A stretch of 64,000 bases of DNA from positions 226,158-290,157 of the IMG/VR virus record IMGVR_UViG_3300024308_000302. One strand, 5' to 3'. Of this stretch, positions 41,209-51,506 are shown one piece after another. Every line of letters starts with the position of its first letter. Position 1 is the first letter of the stretch. The notes under the pieces were generated by a model. It saw only the letters and a program-made list of their open reading frames with translations. It was not told the DNA's origin and did not search any database. The position numbers and the translations under genes were made by a program.

Positions 41209-41820
41209 TCAATGAGAGGAATAAAGTTCAGATTTCAAATCAGTAATATTATTCCAGAAGGCATCAATATTACTCATGATTGCAATACGGTTAGAATCAG
41301 AAACTGATTTTTTTTCAAAAATTTCATTTGCTTTAGTCTTAGACATATCAGAAAGAGCTGAAACAGTATAATTTTCAACAAACAAATCTTTCCAAGTGTT
41401 ATCAATGTTCGCAACTTTAGAATTTTCATGATAGAAATCAACAGTTTTTGACAAGAGGAACCTGTCAGTAGTGATAGATGTAACAACATCAATAATTTCT
41501 TTATCAGAGTAGACACGAACTGGAAGTTCACCAACATAAGCTTCTTTCAAGTTTTCAAATTCAATATGAACAGCTTGTTCAGCAATAGCTTGAAGCTCTT
41601 CCATATTTTTTGGTTTTCTTGAGTCGCTTGGGTAATAAATAAAGAGGTCAGACGCCGCCCGATCAAGCAACACTGGTTTATCCCAAGAAACCATAAATGC
41701 TTGCATTTTAACATCCAATAGCATTTTAAAAGTGCTCTGAGCCACTGCAATACCAACACTTTGAGCAATAAGTTTGTTCTTATAACCTTTTGCTTTTGGA
41801 ATAACAATATGTGATTGCAT
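41209..41820 (-). CDS. hypothetical protein
   Basis: GGAG RBS before MQSHI; weak resemblance to 40439. Confidence 0.75.
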   Translation of the reverse strand: MQSHIVIPKAKGYKNKLIAQSVGIAVAQSTFKMLLDVKMQAFMVSWDKPVLLDRAASDLFIYYPSDSRKPKNMEELQAIAEQAVHIEFENLKEAYVGELPVRVYSDKEIIDVVTSITTDRFLLSKTVDFYHENSKVANIDNTWKDLFVENYTVSALSDMSKTKANEIFEKKSVSDSNRIAIMSNIDAFWNNITDLKSELYSSH

Positions 41821-41849
41821 GTCTATTCTCCACTGTTTTAACTTGAGCA

Positions 41850-41878
41850 ATTATAGCACAAAACTGAGGCTCAAGCAA
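41850..41878 (-). promoter_or_regulatory. sigma70-like promoter
   Basis: TTGCTT-17 nt-TATAAT, extended -10. Confidence 0.7.
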
Positions 41879-41943
41879 GAAAAGGTGTCATCTACCATCA
41901 AAATTGAATATTAGATATGTTCTCAAACAGGCTTGATTTCAGT

Positions 41944-42345
41944 CTATTGTTTTTCAAAGTAAGACAATGGTAAACAAATCACATTGTTTCCAGCAACACA
42001 TATATACCAATCAGAAAGGATTTTACGAGAAATATTGTAATACAATGTACAGCGTGGTTCATCAACAGCCAGTAACCTGACTGGGCGAGTGCCATAAATC
42101 TTAAAGTGTTCTGACAGTATCTTAATTGTAGTGGATAGCACTGGAATGGGTTTTCCAAAACCAGTTAAGTCATCATTCTTCTCAAGTCCATTAGATCCAG
42201 CAATAATAGATACAGTCAAGAAACGTTGATCAACAGAATCATCTTGAATATAAACCTCATATTCAAATGCTGAATCAGAAAAGATGGCATGCAAGCCATC
42301 TTTGTCTGATTTTTTTAAGCTGTAATCAAGAGTTTTATTAAACAC
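41944..42345 (-). CDS. hypothetical protein
   Basis: 133 aa, GTG start. Confidence 0.7.
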   Translation of the reverse strand: MFNKTLDYSLKKSDKDGLHAIFSDSAFEYEVYIQDDSVDQRFLTVSIIAGSNGLEKNDDLTGFGKPIPVLSTTIKILSEHFKIYGTRPVRLLAVDEPRCTLYYNISRKILSDWYICVAGNNVICLPLSYFEKQ

Positions 42346-42370
42346 AAAAATCCACCGTTAAAAAAATTGT

Positions 42371-42805
42371 TCAGATTGAATTTCTATCAGCACCAATTAG
42401 TGCTTCATTCATGCTGTTAACAACAGAGACTAAAGGATGCTTAATCCAAGATCCAATTGGTCGATAAGTACCCTGTTCAATTTGAACCCCCGGAGCGACA
42501 ATGAAAATCGGAATACCAGATCCAAGAGCAATACCAACTTCAACAAGTGTGCCTTTCAATGGAAAATCATCAGGTTCAACATATACAATCAAACGCTCTG
42601 CTGATTGAATTTCAAGAACAAATTTTAACCAAAGTTCACTCATAAGTTGGTCACATTCAGAAGCTGATTGGAATTCAACTGTTTTATCAATGCTGTCAAT
42701 CCATGTGGAAACAACATGATAACCATCAACATCTCTCAACTTACGCCAAGCTGCTGGACGTTCTGGCAAACTTGCTCGGCTGGCAATGTAAACACCTTTT
42801 CTCAT
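42371..42805 (-). CDS. nucleoside 2-deoxyribosyltransferase-like fold protein
   Basis: VYIAS..STWID..GTLVEVGIALG. Confidence 0.6.
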   Translation of the reverse strand: MRKGVYIASRASLPERPAAWRKLRDVDGYHVVSTWIDSIDKTVEFQSASECDQLMSELWLKFVLEIQSAERLIVYVEPDDFPLKGTLVEVGIALGSGIPIFIVAPGVQIEQGTYRPIGSWIKHPLVSVVNSMNEALIGADRNSI

Positions 42806-43242
42806 TGTAGATTGCTCCTAATCTTGTATCGTTTAACAAGTGTATCATAAACATGAGTATTCATCAATGAGAAATTACCTTTACAAAAAGTATCAAGTTC
42901 CAGTTCATATCCAAGATAGTCTATCATAAAAAGAACAACTGCGGGTGAACGGGAAACACCAGCAGAACAATGGACAATAACCAAAGAAGGATCGCTAAGA
43001 TTTTCAAGCCAATTTAAAATAGAATCAGCTTGATCATCACTAAAAATAACATAATCATGAAATGGATCATCAGTAATAGGTTCTGTAATATCGTGAAAAT
43101 ACAAACGAAGGACATTAGTATGACAATCATCTAACGCCATAAAAGTTTTGCCTTCACTAATGCTGATAATGTTATGTGGCGTATTCAGATCGAATGCCGC
43201 CCAACATGTATAAAATCGTGCTTTTTTCATTGGCGTTAGCAA
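42802..43242 (-). CDS. tyrosine/dual-specificity (CX5R) phosphatase
   Basis: VHCSAGVSRS; LYFHDI. Confidence 0.85.
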   Translation of the reverse strand: MLTPMKKARFYTCWAAFDLNTPHNIISISEGKTFMALDDCHTNVLRLYFHDITEPITDDPFHDYVIFSDDQADSILNWLENLSDPSLVIVHCSAGVSRSPAVVLFMIDYLGYELELDTFCKGNFSLMNTHVYDTLVKRYKIRSNLQ

Positions 43243-43475
43243 ATTTTAAACTCTGTAAGTTCGTGTGTTTTCATGAAATCTCTCATGACATGTTTGAACT
43301 TATCACAATATTCATAGTCAGGGTCATCAATTTGATCTTCTTCAAAATCGTAAACTCTAATTTCATATTGTGGTCGTACACTGTCCATAAAATCGCATGC
43401 ATCATTATGATCATAACCAAGACTGACAGCATGAGCCAACAAATCAGAATACTTAAACAAATCAACTTTAGCCAT
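43236..43475 (-). CDS. small acidic hypothetical protein
   Basis: 79 aa, AGGAG RBS. Confidence 0.7.
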   Translation of the reverse strand: MAKVDLFKYSDLLAHAVSLGYDHNDACDFMDSVRPQYEIRVYDFEEDQIDDPDYEYCDKFKHVMRDFMKTHELTEFKIC

Positions 43476-43535
43476 GATAAACTCCTAAAAGAAATATATT
43501 ATACTAAAATTAGCGAATAAAATCAAACCATTTCT

Positions 43536-43898
43536 TTATCTGTTCAATTTACTATCCAAGACATTTAACATTTTTTCAATAACAGCATTAAAATAATCAA
43601 TGATAAATGGAGTCACTTTAATGTCATGTAATTCTTTGATAAATTCTGAGGACAGTTTTTCAACAGTGACAATATCAAATGGCATGATTTTTACACTATC
43701 GTCAATTGAAGGAAATGAAATGGATGTGGAATTGAAATGCAAGATAGCATGGGAGAATACAGATGATACAAATAGTACAACAGAATGCTGAGTGCTTGAA
43801 AAATTCAATTTGTCTACAAGATGATACTTGCAAAGTGAAATACGGCGTTCTTCTGACTTACAAACACTGATTGCTTCAACAGCTACTTTATTGGTCAT
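43536..43898 (-). CDS. hypothetical protein
   Basis: 120 aa, GAGGA RBS. Confidence 0.7.
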   Translation of the reverse strand: MTNKVAVEAISVCKSEERRISLCKYHLVDKLNFSSTQHSVVLFVSSVFSHAILHFNSTSISFPSIDDSVKIMPFDIVTVEKLSSEFIKELHDIKVTPFIIDYFNAVIEKMLNVLDSKLNR

Positions 43899-44006
43899 AT
43901 CAAATCCTCATTGGATTGAAAAAAGACTGCAATAAAAATATAGCAAAATATCAAACAAAATGCAACAAAAAAAGAGGCCGAAGCCTCTCATGGTTTCAAT
44001 GTTAAA

Positions 44007-44735
44007 TTAAGATTTTTCAAGTAGATATTTGATATCGACAACTGTTAATGTTGAGTCAATTAACTCATATCCAACATCAACAAAACAATCATAAGTTTCA
44101 AAATCTTTGTAATACTCAACGATAAGAGGACTAATAGCAAACTTATTATAATCAGACATTGCATCTTTCAATGAATTATAATTACGTTGCATTAAAAGAT
44201 TCATATCACATTTGAAAAAACCAGATTTATTAGCTAAATCTTTATTTAAACTAGAAATACTTTCTAAAAGTGTTGTTCGTGGCACTAGTGCATAATGTTT
44301 AGACACTTTCTTATCATTAACAATAAGTCTATTTCTATTTTCGTCAAATGTATATTTCAAGACCAGTACGGAAAGTGGTTTTTCTCTATATTCTGGAGTA
44401 AAGAATTTTGAAGCAAAAAACAATCCTTCATATCTGTTTGTTAAAGCAAATTCACTAAATAACTCATTAAGAGCAATAATATCTGAATCACTAAAAGATT
44501 TTGTGCTTCTCTCTCTAAATGGAAGGTCATATGCGTGGAAACCGAAAGTTAAATAGTCCCCGCTTGAAGCATCAAAGGGTTCAATAATTACAGTATACCG
44601 CTGATCAGCAGTCATAGCAATATAGCAAAAAGCAATACTACTGTCACCTCTATTAAGAATAGCTTTCAAACGACCAATAAATTCGTGATTTTTTGACAAA
44701 TCTGCATTAAATGTAACAACTTTTTCTTGTTCCAT
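44007..44735 (-). CDS. hypothetical protein, paralog of 8594..9283
   Basis: GGAGG RBS before MEQEK. Confidence 0.8.
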   Translation of the reverse strand: MEQEKVVTFNADLSKNHEFIGRLKAILNRGDSSIAFCYIAMTADQRYTVIIEPFDASSGDYLTFGFHAYDLPFRERSTKSFSDSDIIALNELFSEFALTNRYEGLFFASKFFTPEYREKPLSVLVLKYTFDENRNRLIVNDKKVSKHYALVPRTTLLESISSLNKDLANKSGFFKCDMNLLMQRNYNSLKDAMSDYNKFAISPLIVEYYKDFETYDCFVDVGYELIDSTLTVVDIKYLLEKS

Positions 44736-44833
44736 AAAGCCTCCAATAAATTTTTCTAATAATAGCATAATAACTAAAAATTACAACTAAAAATTAAAAT
44801 AAAGAATAAAAAAAGGGGCCGAAGCCCCCATTC

Positions 44834-44983
44834 TTATTTCTGGGTATGGGTGAATTTGTGAATCAACATTGACCAGCGACGAACCTTCGATTGCGAAGGT
44901 GAACGGTCATGAAGGTGATGATGGTCACCAGAACCAGAACCCAAAATCAGGAACAGCAAAAGAATACGTTTAATTTTCAACAT
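44834..44983 (-). CDS. 49 aa peptide with hydrophobic N-terminus and His cluster, not in ORF track
   Basis: GAGGA RBS; UUCG terminator at ~44809-44829. Confidence 0.55.
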   Translation of the reverse strand: MLKIKRILLLFLILGSGSGDHHHLHDRSPSQSKVRRWSMLIHKFTHTQK

Positions 44984-45184
44984 ATGTGTTTATCCTCAAA
45001 ATTTTCAATAAATGGCAGATTACAAAGGTAATCAAAATAGACAGAAGCGTTATTGCTTTGTTTCTTATGGTGTCTATTGTAACGAACGGTAGCACCTGTA
45101 GCAAGTTTTTTTTGAGGAATTTGATGAATTTTTTGTTATGAGGTGTTTGGTAACAAAAAGAAAAAGGCCCATGAGGGCCTGCTT

Positions 45185-46243
45185 TTAAATAGACATCATC
45201 TTATACAACAACAATGAATGATCAGTGAGTTCACTTGAAGGAATATTTAGTCTTTTAGTAAATCTACTTTTCACTTTTTCAAAAAGATGATTATAAATAT
45301 TTTCATAACCACTCAAAGAAACCAGATCTTGAGTATGATGATTAACTTCCATATAACCAATATCTGGATTTGTAAGCGAAAAATACAAACCAATAGTGCA
45401 TGGAACATCATCGTAGTATACAACCATTATAGAATATAAGTTATCTTCTACTTTGAAATGTTTAGTTGGTCGAATCAAGTTAAAGAATAGTTCATATCTT
45501 TGCATATTATACAATAAACACGAATCAAATCTTAATAGTCCCTCAATAATCTTAACTTGACTTACGAGTTGCTTGCTAAAAACCAATGGAAGTGAATCAA
45601 AAAGTCTTTTTGGTTCAACTCCAAAATTAAAGAAATACATTGCGAAATCATCTGGAGTAATATGCATCAAATCTTTATTTACAAGTCTTTCCTTTTGGAT
45701 ATCAATTACCGTTTTTTTTGACAAAGAGAGTAACTTTTTAAAAGTCATATCATTTTCAAGAAATTCACGAGTTTTAACTAAAATACCAGAATACAGATTT
45801 TCAAAAGAAACATAATCTATCAAACAGTCAGACTTAAAAAAAGAATTTTGATAGAGGATAAATTCAACAACATGATCATCTGATTCTCTTGAAAATGAAA
45901 AACTCAGTGTATCGCCCAAATAGAACTTAACAGTAGCTCTTGGAACGTGGCTATATTGGCTAATTGGAATGGCAATTTGTAATGATTTATTTGCATCCTT
46001 TTTTTCTTTTTCCAAATCGCTGACATAGTAATAGAAATCAATAAGTGTTGAAAGTTGTTTAATTTTTTTAAGATTATAATTGCAACTATGAAATTCAAAA
46101 AATGAAGCAATAAATTTATAATCTCGATCACTACGAGGAAGTGTATAAATTGTAAAATTATTTTTTACAGTGATATCTGCAACATCATCCAAGTTGTAAA
46201 AAGATTGCAATCTATCTAAGCAATCATCATAAAAAGTAGGCAT
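45185..46243 (-). CDS. paralog family A protein with C-terminal signature
   Basis: begins MPTFYDD; ends LLLYKMMSI*. Confidence 0.85.
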   Translation of the reverse strand: MPTFYDDCLDRLQSFYNLDDVADITVKNNFTIYTLPRSDRDYKFIASFFEFHSCNYNLKKIKQLSTLIDFYYYVSDLEKEKKDANKSLQIAIPISQYSHVPRATVKFYLGDTLSFSFSRESDDHVVEFILYQNSFFKSDCLIDYVSFENLYSGILVKTREFLENDMTFKKLLSLSKKTVIDIQKERLVNKDLMHITPDDFAMYFFNFGVEPKRLFDSLPLVFSKQLVSQVKIIEGLLRFDSCLLYNMQRYELFFNLIRPTKHFKVEDNLYSIMVVYYDDVPCTIGLYFSLTNPDIGYMEVNHHTQDLVSLSGYENIYNHLFEKVKSRFTKRLNIPSSELTDHSLLLYKMMSI

Positions 46244-46351
46244 TATTAATATCCTTCAAAATATTTTTAAGCATATGTGATAATAACATACACCTAAAAA
46301 AAAGTATACAAAAAAACAGCCAAAGCTGTTTTATTATCTTACAAAGAGTAA

Positions 46352-46480
46352 CTATTTTTGTTTTTGCATGTTATCTTTTGTTTTCAGCATCTGAATACTT
46401 TTCATTTCTTCTGATGGAGATACAGCCATAACACCAGTAGAAATTACAAACAACGTCAAAAAAATAGCCATATATTTCAT
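46352..46480 (-). CDS. small exported peptide (42 aa)
   Basis: MKYMAIFLTLFVISTGVMA signal-like start. Confidence 0.45.
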   Translation of the reverse strand: MKYMAIFLTLFVISTGVMAVSPSEEMKSIQMLKTKDNMQKQK

Positions 46481-46505
46481 GATTAAATCTCGGTTAAAGC
46501 CTCTA

Positions 46506-46991
46506 TCAAGAGGCCAGTGAAAGAAATGATACTTGAGAAGCAACAAAGATTTCATCTTCTGTTGGAACAAAAGTGCCTTTAGCAGAATCAGTAAATGGAA
46601 CGTTTTGACCACGAAGTTTTTCTACCACATTAGCTCGATTGAATTGATTAGCACGAATATGATTGTTTACAGCAACAACACGTTCACTAGCTACGAAAGT
46701 AACAAGAGTGCATGCACCATTCAAAGCCTCCATGCTTTCATTAAACTTTGCAGATGGAAGATCAGGCATCTTTGTAAGAGTTTCGTGCAAAGCTTCCAGA
46801 TCTGCATGAGAACCACCTTGAAGCATGACTTCTACTTCACTTTTGAAAGCCCAATCCAAAAACAGTTTACTGGCAATTGGTGAAAATACACCAGCACGTT
46901 CTTTTTTCCAAAGATTGTTGATGCCATGAGTAGACTGAGGAAGCAGGTTGCTACCACGAATGTACATGTTGAAAATAGTGTATCGTTTCAT
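46506..46991 (-). CDS. possible phage PTH2-like (peptidyl-tRNA hydrolase fold) protein
   Basis: FNMY..QSTH..WA..LQGG..ALNGACT pattern. Confidence 0.45.
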   Translation of the reverse strand: MKRYTIFNMYIRGSNLLPQSTHGINNLWKKERAGVFSPIASKLFLDWAFKSEVEVMLQGGSHADLEALHETLTKMPDLPSAKFNESMEALNGACTLVTFVASERVVAVNNHIRANQFNRANVVEKLRGQNVPFTDSAKGTFVPTEDEIFVASQVSFLSLAS

Positions 46992-47157
46992 ATATATAGA
47001 ACTCCTAAAATTTAACAAATGAGCGGGATTATACTACAAAAATTGATGATGTGCAATATTTTTTATAGCATTTTTTCAAATCTTTAAACAAAAAATTAAT
47101 AGCTTGACTTAAATTGTAATTAGCTTAAAATTTTTAATATTAATAAAAAGTGAAGCA

Positions 47158-47676
47158 ATGTTTAAAAATTTTAGCAAAACAATATTAAGTGGCGTTTTAA
47201 TAGCGTGTGCAGGGTGTGGGCCTCAACCATTTTCTCCAAACTTAGAGCCTAAAGGTCAAGATCTTTTCTTTCCTTCTGACCGTACTATGTTAGGATTCAA
47301 ATTATACCAAAAAATAGAAGACATTTCAAACACTTCCAAGTATACATTGTCAAAAAGTGAGAATGGAGTTAACTACTACACAGTAAATAGCCATAAAAAT
47401 GATCCAAGACATCTTGAATTTTTAATAGGCATGCAGAACGAAAGAGTTTACTCAATAGAAAGCAAATATGAATATCCAGATTTCAAAACATGCAATGAAT
47501 CCGCTGAACAAATATATAACGAAACAAAAGCCTATTTTCCACTTAAAAAACAACCAGACATAAGTGGTAAAGGTTATACCTATGATGGCATGTATAGTGA
47601 TTATATATTTATAACTGCCTGTACAGATTTACTAGATAAGGAAAAGATAATACACAGCAGTATATACACAAGATAA
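47158..47676 (+). CDS. lipoprotein
   Basis: signal with LIACAGC. Confidence 0.7.
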   Translation: MFKNFSKTILSGVLIACAGCGPQPFSPNLEPKGQDLFFPSDRTMLGFKLYQKIEDISNTSKYTLSKSENGVNYYTVNSHKNDPRHLEFLIGMQNERVYSIESKYEYPDFKTCNESAEQIYNETKAYFPLKKQPDISGKGYTYDGMYSDYIFITACTDLLDKEKIIHSSIYTR

Positions 47677-48456
47677 TCAAATTAAAGACATTTTCATTAC
47701 ATTCAAGTTTTCATCAAATCCATCATCGAATATACCATTGTCATAAAGCTCTTTCATCTTGAAATAGAAATGAGAGAGTTTGTCATTAGTGTCAAGTTGA
47801 GTGTATTCAAAATAAGGATAAAATTCTAAAAAAATTGGAAATGCTGAATGAATAGTTGCTAAATTTTTACTAAGAAAATTATTAAATAAACAAAACTCAT
47901 CATCTGGTGTTTCATAAGAAGTCCTAATTGAATAATCGTTTGTACTCAAGTCAATATCCCCACGGATTGAATTATGTTTGCTATCCATGTAATAATAGAA
48001 AGTAAATTCATCATCATTATCTGTATAAAAATTTCTTTCTAACAAATAATCTTTGATTTCATTTTTAGAATCAAGATTAATGTCTACACGAATTAAATGT
48101 GCTAAATCAGGAAATTTTAACGAATTATCATATAAACCATATTCAGCAGTGAAAGTTATATATTCAAAATTACCATATGAGTCATAATTAAACTGGATAT
48201 TACCAGCACTTTTACCAATGCCATAAGTAGAAGTTGCCCTGAAATTATGGCCTATAAGACAACTAGTCAAACTAATGTTTTCAAAGTTAATTTCTGGATT
48301 AAACTTTTCGTTAAATTGATTAAAAAGGTGAATAATTCTATGTTTAAAATAGAATTGATGCTCTGACTTCATGAGCACCAATTTAACCTTTTGATCGTTT
48401 AAACAAGAAAAGTCAGGATTTAAAAAATCGAATATAACGGACTCATCAACTTTCAT
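47677..48456 (-). CDS. hypothetical protein with C-terminal signature
   Basis: ends LNVMKMSLI*. Confidence 0.8.
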   Translation of the reverse strand: MKVDESVIFDFLNPDFSCLNDQKVKLVLMKSEHQFYFKHRIIHLFNQFNEKFNPEINFENISLTSCLIGHNFRATSTYGIGKSAGNIQFNYDSYGNFEYITFTAEYGLYDNSLKFPDLAHLIRVDINLDSKNEIKDYLLERNFYTDNDDEFTFYYYMDSKHNSIRGDIDLSTNDYSIRTSYETPDDEFCLFNNFLSKNLATIHSAFPIFLEFYPYFEYTQLDTNDKLSHFYFKMKELYDNGIFDDGFDENLNVMKMSLI

Positions 48457-48471
48457 GTCAAAGACCTTAAT

Positions 48472-49032
48472 TTAATCAGGTCGAATAGAAATTCGAATGC
48501 CAGTACCAAAATCATTAAGCGTGTCCCATACATGAACATCAAGGTGTGCAGGTGTTTCTTGTTTAGGAATATGCAAGGCATCAGCCATAGCAGTAGCTCG
48601 TTTCAAGGCTTCATTTGATGATAAGTAACTTTCAATCACAATAGTGGATACTGTTGAGTATTTTACTCGTGCAACGTTATCTTCTGGATAGTCTTCATCT
48701 GGTAGAAAGCCATCCATTTCTTTTTTATGCTTTTCAATGACGATTGAATAAGAATTTTCACTTTTTGAATCGTAACGAATGTATTCACGATCAATCAAGA
48801 AGAAGTTACGGTCAGCAATATCAGAAAACTTGGCATAAGCACAAATTCGGTGATCTCCTGAAAACCAGTCTTTTCGATTAATATAAATAGAATCACCAAC
48901 ATTAAAGTCATAAATACCTTTTATGATGACTGCTCTTGCAAGCTTTCTGCTGCCATCATCTGGTTTTTCTTTATACATGGGATGATTCGGAAAAAGTTTT
49001 TTATGTAATTTATCAAGCATAGACTCAATCAT
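48472..49032 (-). CDS. hypothetical protein, paralog of 17607..18188
   Basis: AAGGAG RBS before MIESML. Confidence 0.85.
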   Translation of the reverse strand: MIESMLDKLHKKLFPNHPMYKEKPDDGSRKLARAVIIKGIYDFNVGDSIYINRKDWFSGDHRICAYAKFSDIADRNFFLIDREYIRYDSKSENSYSIVIEKHKKEMDGFLPDEDYPEDNVARVKYSTVSTIVIESYLSSNEALKRATAMADALHIPKQETPAHLDVHVWDTLNDFGTGIRISIRPD

Positions 49033-49444
49033 TTTTATTCTCCTTATTATAGTCAGCAATGAAAGCAGCAAGAAGACGTTCATTGTCCATGCTTTGTTCA
49101 AATTGAAGTCCCGGATCATTACATGCCATGGAACACTCATCACCCGATTCCCAAGCGTCAGACATATCTGAAAGTTCTTGTTCTGCATCTTGCAATTCTT
49201 TAAGCCGATCTTCCAAAATAGACAGAGATTGAAGATCCGTTTTTACACTAAAACCGAGAGTTTTAAAAAGATCTTCTTGATGAGTAACAAGTGACTGTTC
49301 AGAATCACGAATAATACCATCAACTTGATGTCGAGTTTGTTCATCTGTAACATCTTTAAAATCTTTAACATAAAGATCAATAGTTTCTTGATGATGACGA
49401 ATCATGGTGATTTCGAAAAGGGCATCGCTGTAAGAGATAGTCAT
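49025..49444 (-). CDS. acidic coiled-coil protein
   Basis: 139 aa. Confidence 0.75.
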   Translation of the reverse strand: MTISYSDALFEITMIRHHQETIDLYVKDFKDVTDEQTRHQVDGIIRDSEQSLVTHQEDLFKTLGFSVKTDLQSLSILEDRLKELQDAEQELSDMSDAWESGDECSMACNDPGLQFEQSMDNERLLAAFIADYNKENKND

Positions 49445-49508
49445 AAAAATCGCTCTATATGAAATTTAAAGCATTATACCACAAACAAAAAAAGCCCGCA
49501 AAGGCTTT

Positions 49509-50087
49509 TTAAATACCATCAATAAGTAGTCTTGCTGCAAGGTTGTCATAAACAAATGAAGCTTTCAAATAGACAATGTTATTACCTACTGGGTTTACAC
49601 CAAAGACACAGTGAAAATAAGAAGCCAATACGTCATTGTTCAAGGTGACTTTGCCAGACAGATTGTCATAATCAGTAGATTCACTCATTTTTGTTCTGAT
49701 AATAGGGAACTTTAAATCCGCTCCATACTTTTTATCAAAACGCACTTTAACATCTTTCATAACAGTCATGCAATTTTCACCAGAAGCTGGATAAGCTTGC
49801 TCAACTACAATCTTACGCACATTGTCTTCATGAAATTCAACAGTGACAGCATTGCGAATAGTAACCTTTTGGAAAAAAAGACCCGGATCATATTCAAAAC
49901 CATCTTCACCCTTGAAACAATTTTTACCATCACATTTAAAACCATTTTCCTGCAGGGTACTAACTGTAGAATTGAAAGAAGTTCCTTTGTAAGAAAAATC
50001 ACGAATGCCCGGTTCTTGAGTAGCAAAAGCATTAGCTACAAAGAATGAGAATGCAAAAGCAACAACTGCAAAAATAGATTTTTTCAC
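49509..50087 (-). CDS. exported protein
   Basis: GTG start after AAGGA; signal KKSIFAVVAFAFSFFVANAFA. Confidence 0.75.
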   Translation of the reverse strand: MKKSIFAVVAFAFSFFVANAFATQEPGIRDFSYKGTSFNSTVSTLQENGFKCDGKNCFKGEDGFEYDPGLFFQKVTIRNAVTVEFHEDNVRKIVVEQAYPASGENCMTVMKDVKVRFDKKYGADLKFPIIRTKMSESTDYDNLSGKVTLNNDVLASYFHCVFGVNPVGNNIVYLKASFVYDNLAARLLIDGI

Positions 50088-50097
50088 AATATTTTCC

Positions 50098-50292
50098 TTA
50101 TTCAACAAAACCGCCATGAGATTTTTGACCATAACTTTTAGAAACTTTTCTAAGAGCTTCTGAACGTTCCATTTCAAGATTACGTTTTTGGCTATCAGTA
50201 GAAGCATTTTTGACAGCATTATCAAAACGTTTGTTAACATCATCAATATCTTGACGAATTCGTGAATGACCACCACCTTCAAAAAATGCCAT
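50098..50292 (-). CDS. small hypothetical protein
   Basis: 64 aa, AGGAG RBS. Confidence 0.7.
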   Translation of the reverse strand: MAFFEGGGHSRIRQDIDDVNKRFDNAVKNASTDSQKRNLEMERSEALRKVSKSYGQKSHGGFVE

Positions 50293-50337
50293 AACATGCT
50301 CCTATTATCAATATGCATAGATTATAACAAAATACAC

Positions 50338-51000
50338 TCAAACAATCAATGATTTATTACTGTATGCTTGAATAATAACTGGAACTCTTTCCTTGATATC
50401 ATTGCTTAATGGCATATTCTGAATATATCTGTAAATTTCTTGCGTGTTTTTTGCATATTTCATGAAGTCATCTGAAATACTTTTTGCAAGAACAGCAAAT
50501 TTATCCTGCTGTCTATTATAAAAAACAAAATCTATTTTCTCATTCATTTGAACATAATCTAAACCAAGATTTTGGTAAACAGTTGCAAGATATTGAATGT
50601 CATCATTATAAATATGACGTTTTCTAATAACAAGGCAGTCAGCCATTTCTTTCAAATCAGGCGGAAGAACCTTTATGATAGCTTGATAATAATTATGTTT
50701 GGCTTCATCCAATTGTGATTGTATTTCTGCATTATGAGCAATGGATGCCTTATTTTGAGCATGAATAACATTCAGCAACTTTGAAGTAGACGAAGTTACC
50801 AATGCCAAAAGTTCCTGACCTTCTGGTGATAAATGCTCACTGTTAACTTGTCTCAGCAATTCTAAAACGTTGTCTTTGGTGTAAGAATAATGTGGCTGAT
50901 AAGTCAATTCATTAACGATAGGTTTAAGTTTGGATTCAAAGAAAGCAACTTCACCTTCATAAATAAGATTAATAGCTTCAATTTGAGAATGATTTTTCAT
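50338..51000 (-). CDS. hypothetical protein
   Basis: 220 aa. Confidence 0.75.
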   Translation of the reverse strand: MKNHSQIEAINLIYEGEVAFFESKLKPIVNELTYQPHYSYTKDNVLELLRQVNSEHLSPEGQELLALVTSSTSKLLNVIHAQNKASIAHNAEIQSQLDEAKHNYYQAIIKVLPPDLKEMADCLVIRKRHIYNDDIQYLATVYQNLGLDYVQMNEKIDFVFYNRQQDKFAVLAKSISDDFMKYAKNTQEIYRYIQNMPLSNDIKERVPVIIQAYSNKSLIV

Positions 51001-51015
51001 TTATTTATAGATACC

Positions 51016-51258
51016 TTAATTTCTATTTAATCTGTTTTTTAACCAAAATTTACGGCAATTAAAATAATAATAAATAGCAAACATTAAAATAATAATACCA
51101 CCTAATGCATAGAGAAGTATAGGCAAAATGTCTCTTCTAGAAAACAATATATTCTTATAGATTAAATCGAATGTATTACAAAGAATAGTTCCAAATAATC
51201 CACAAAGATACCAACACAAAAGATTAACAACTAAAGCATTAGTCATATTATTCTCCAA
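51016..51258 (-). CDS. small two-TM membrane protein
   Basis: two hydrophobic segments. Confidence 0.65.
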   Translation of the reverse strand: MENNMTNALVVNLLCWYLCGLFGTILCNTFDLIYKNILFSRRDILPILLYALGGIIILMFAIYYYFNCRKFWLKNRLNRN

Positions 51259-51290
51259 GAAAAAGGCTAACTCAAGTTAGCCTTTAGTGG

Positions 51291-51473
51291 TTACACGTTA
51301 ACAGCAGCTTGTTCAAGGCGATACATTGCCAAAGCATGTGCCCGCAGGAGCTTCATTCCTACTGGTGTTACCTTTACTTCTTTATGATGCGGGAAGTAAA
51401 CAGAAGGATTGTCCAGACGTTCCTGAACAAAATTGGCTACGTAATCGTTAAGACTAACAGTTTTTTTTGACAT
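51291..51473 (-). CDS. small hypothetical protein
   Basis: 60 aa, GAGGT RBS. Confidence 0.7.
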   Translation of the reverse strand: MSKKTVSLNDYVANFVQERLDNPSVYFPHHKEVKVTPVGMKLLRAHALAMYRLEQAAVNV

Positions 51474-51506
51474 ATGACACCTCTTTTAGTTAATTAAATT
51501 TAGGAA

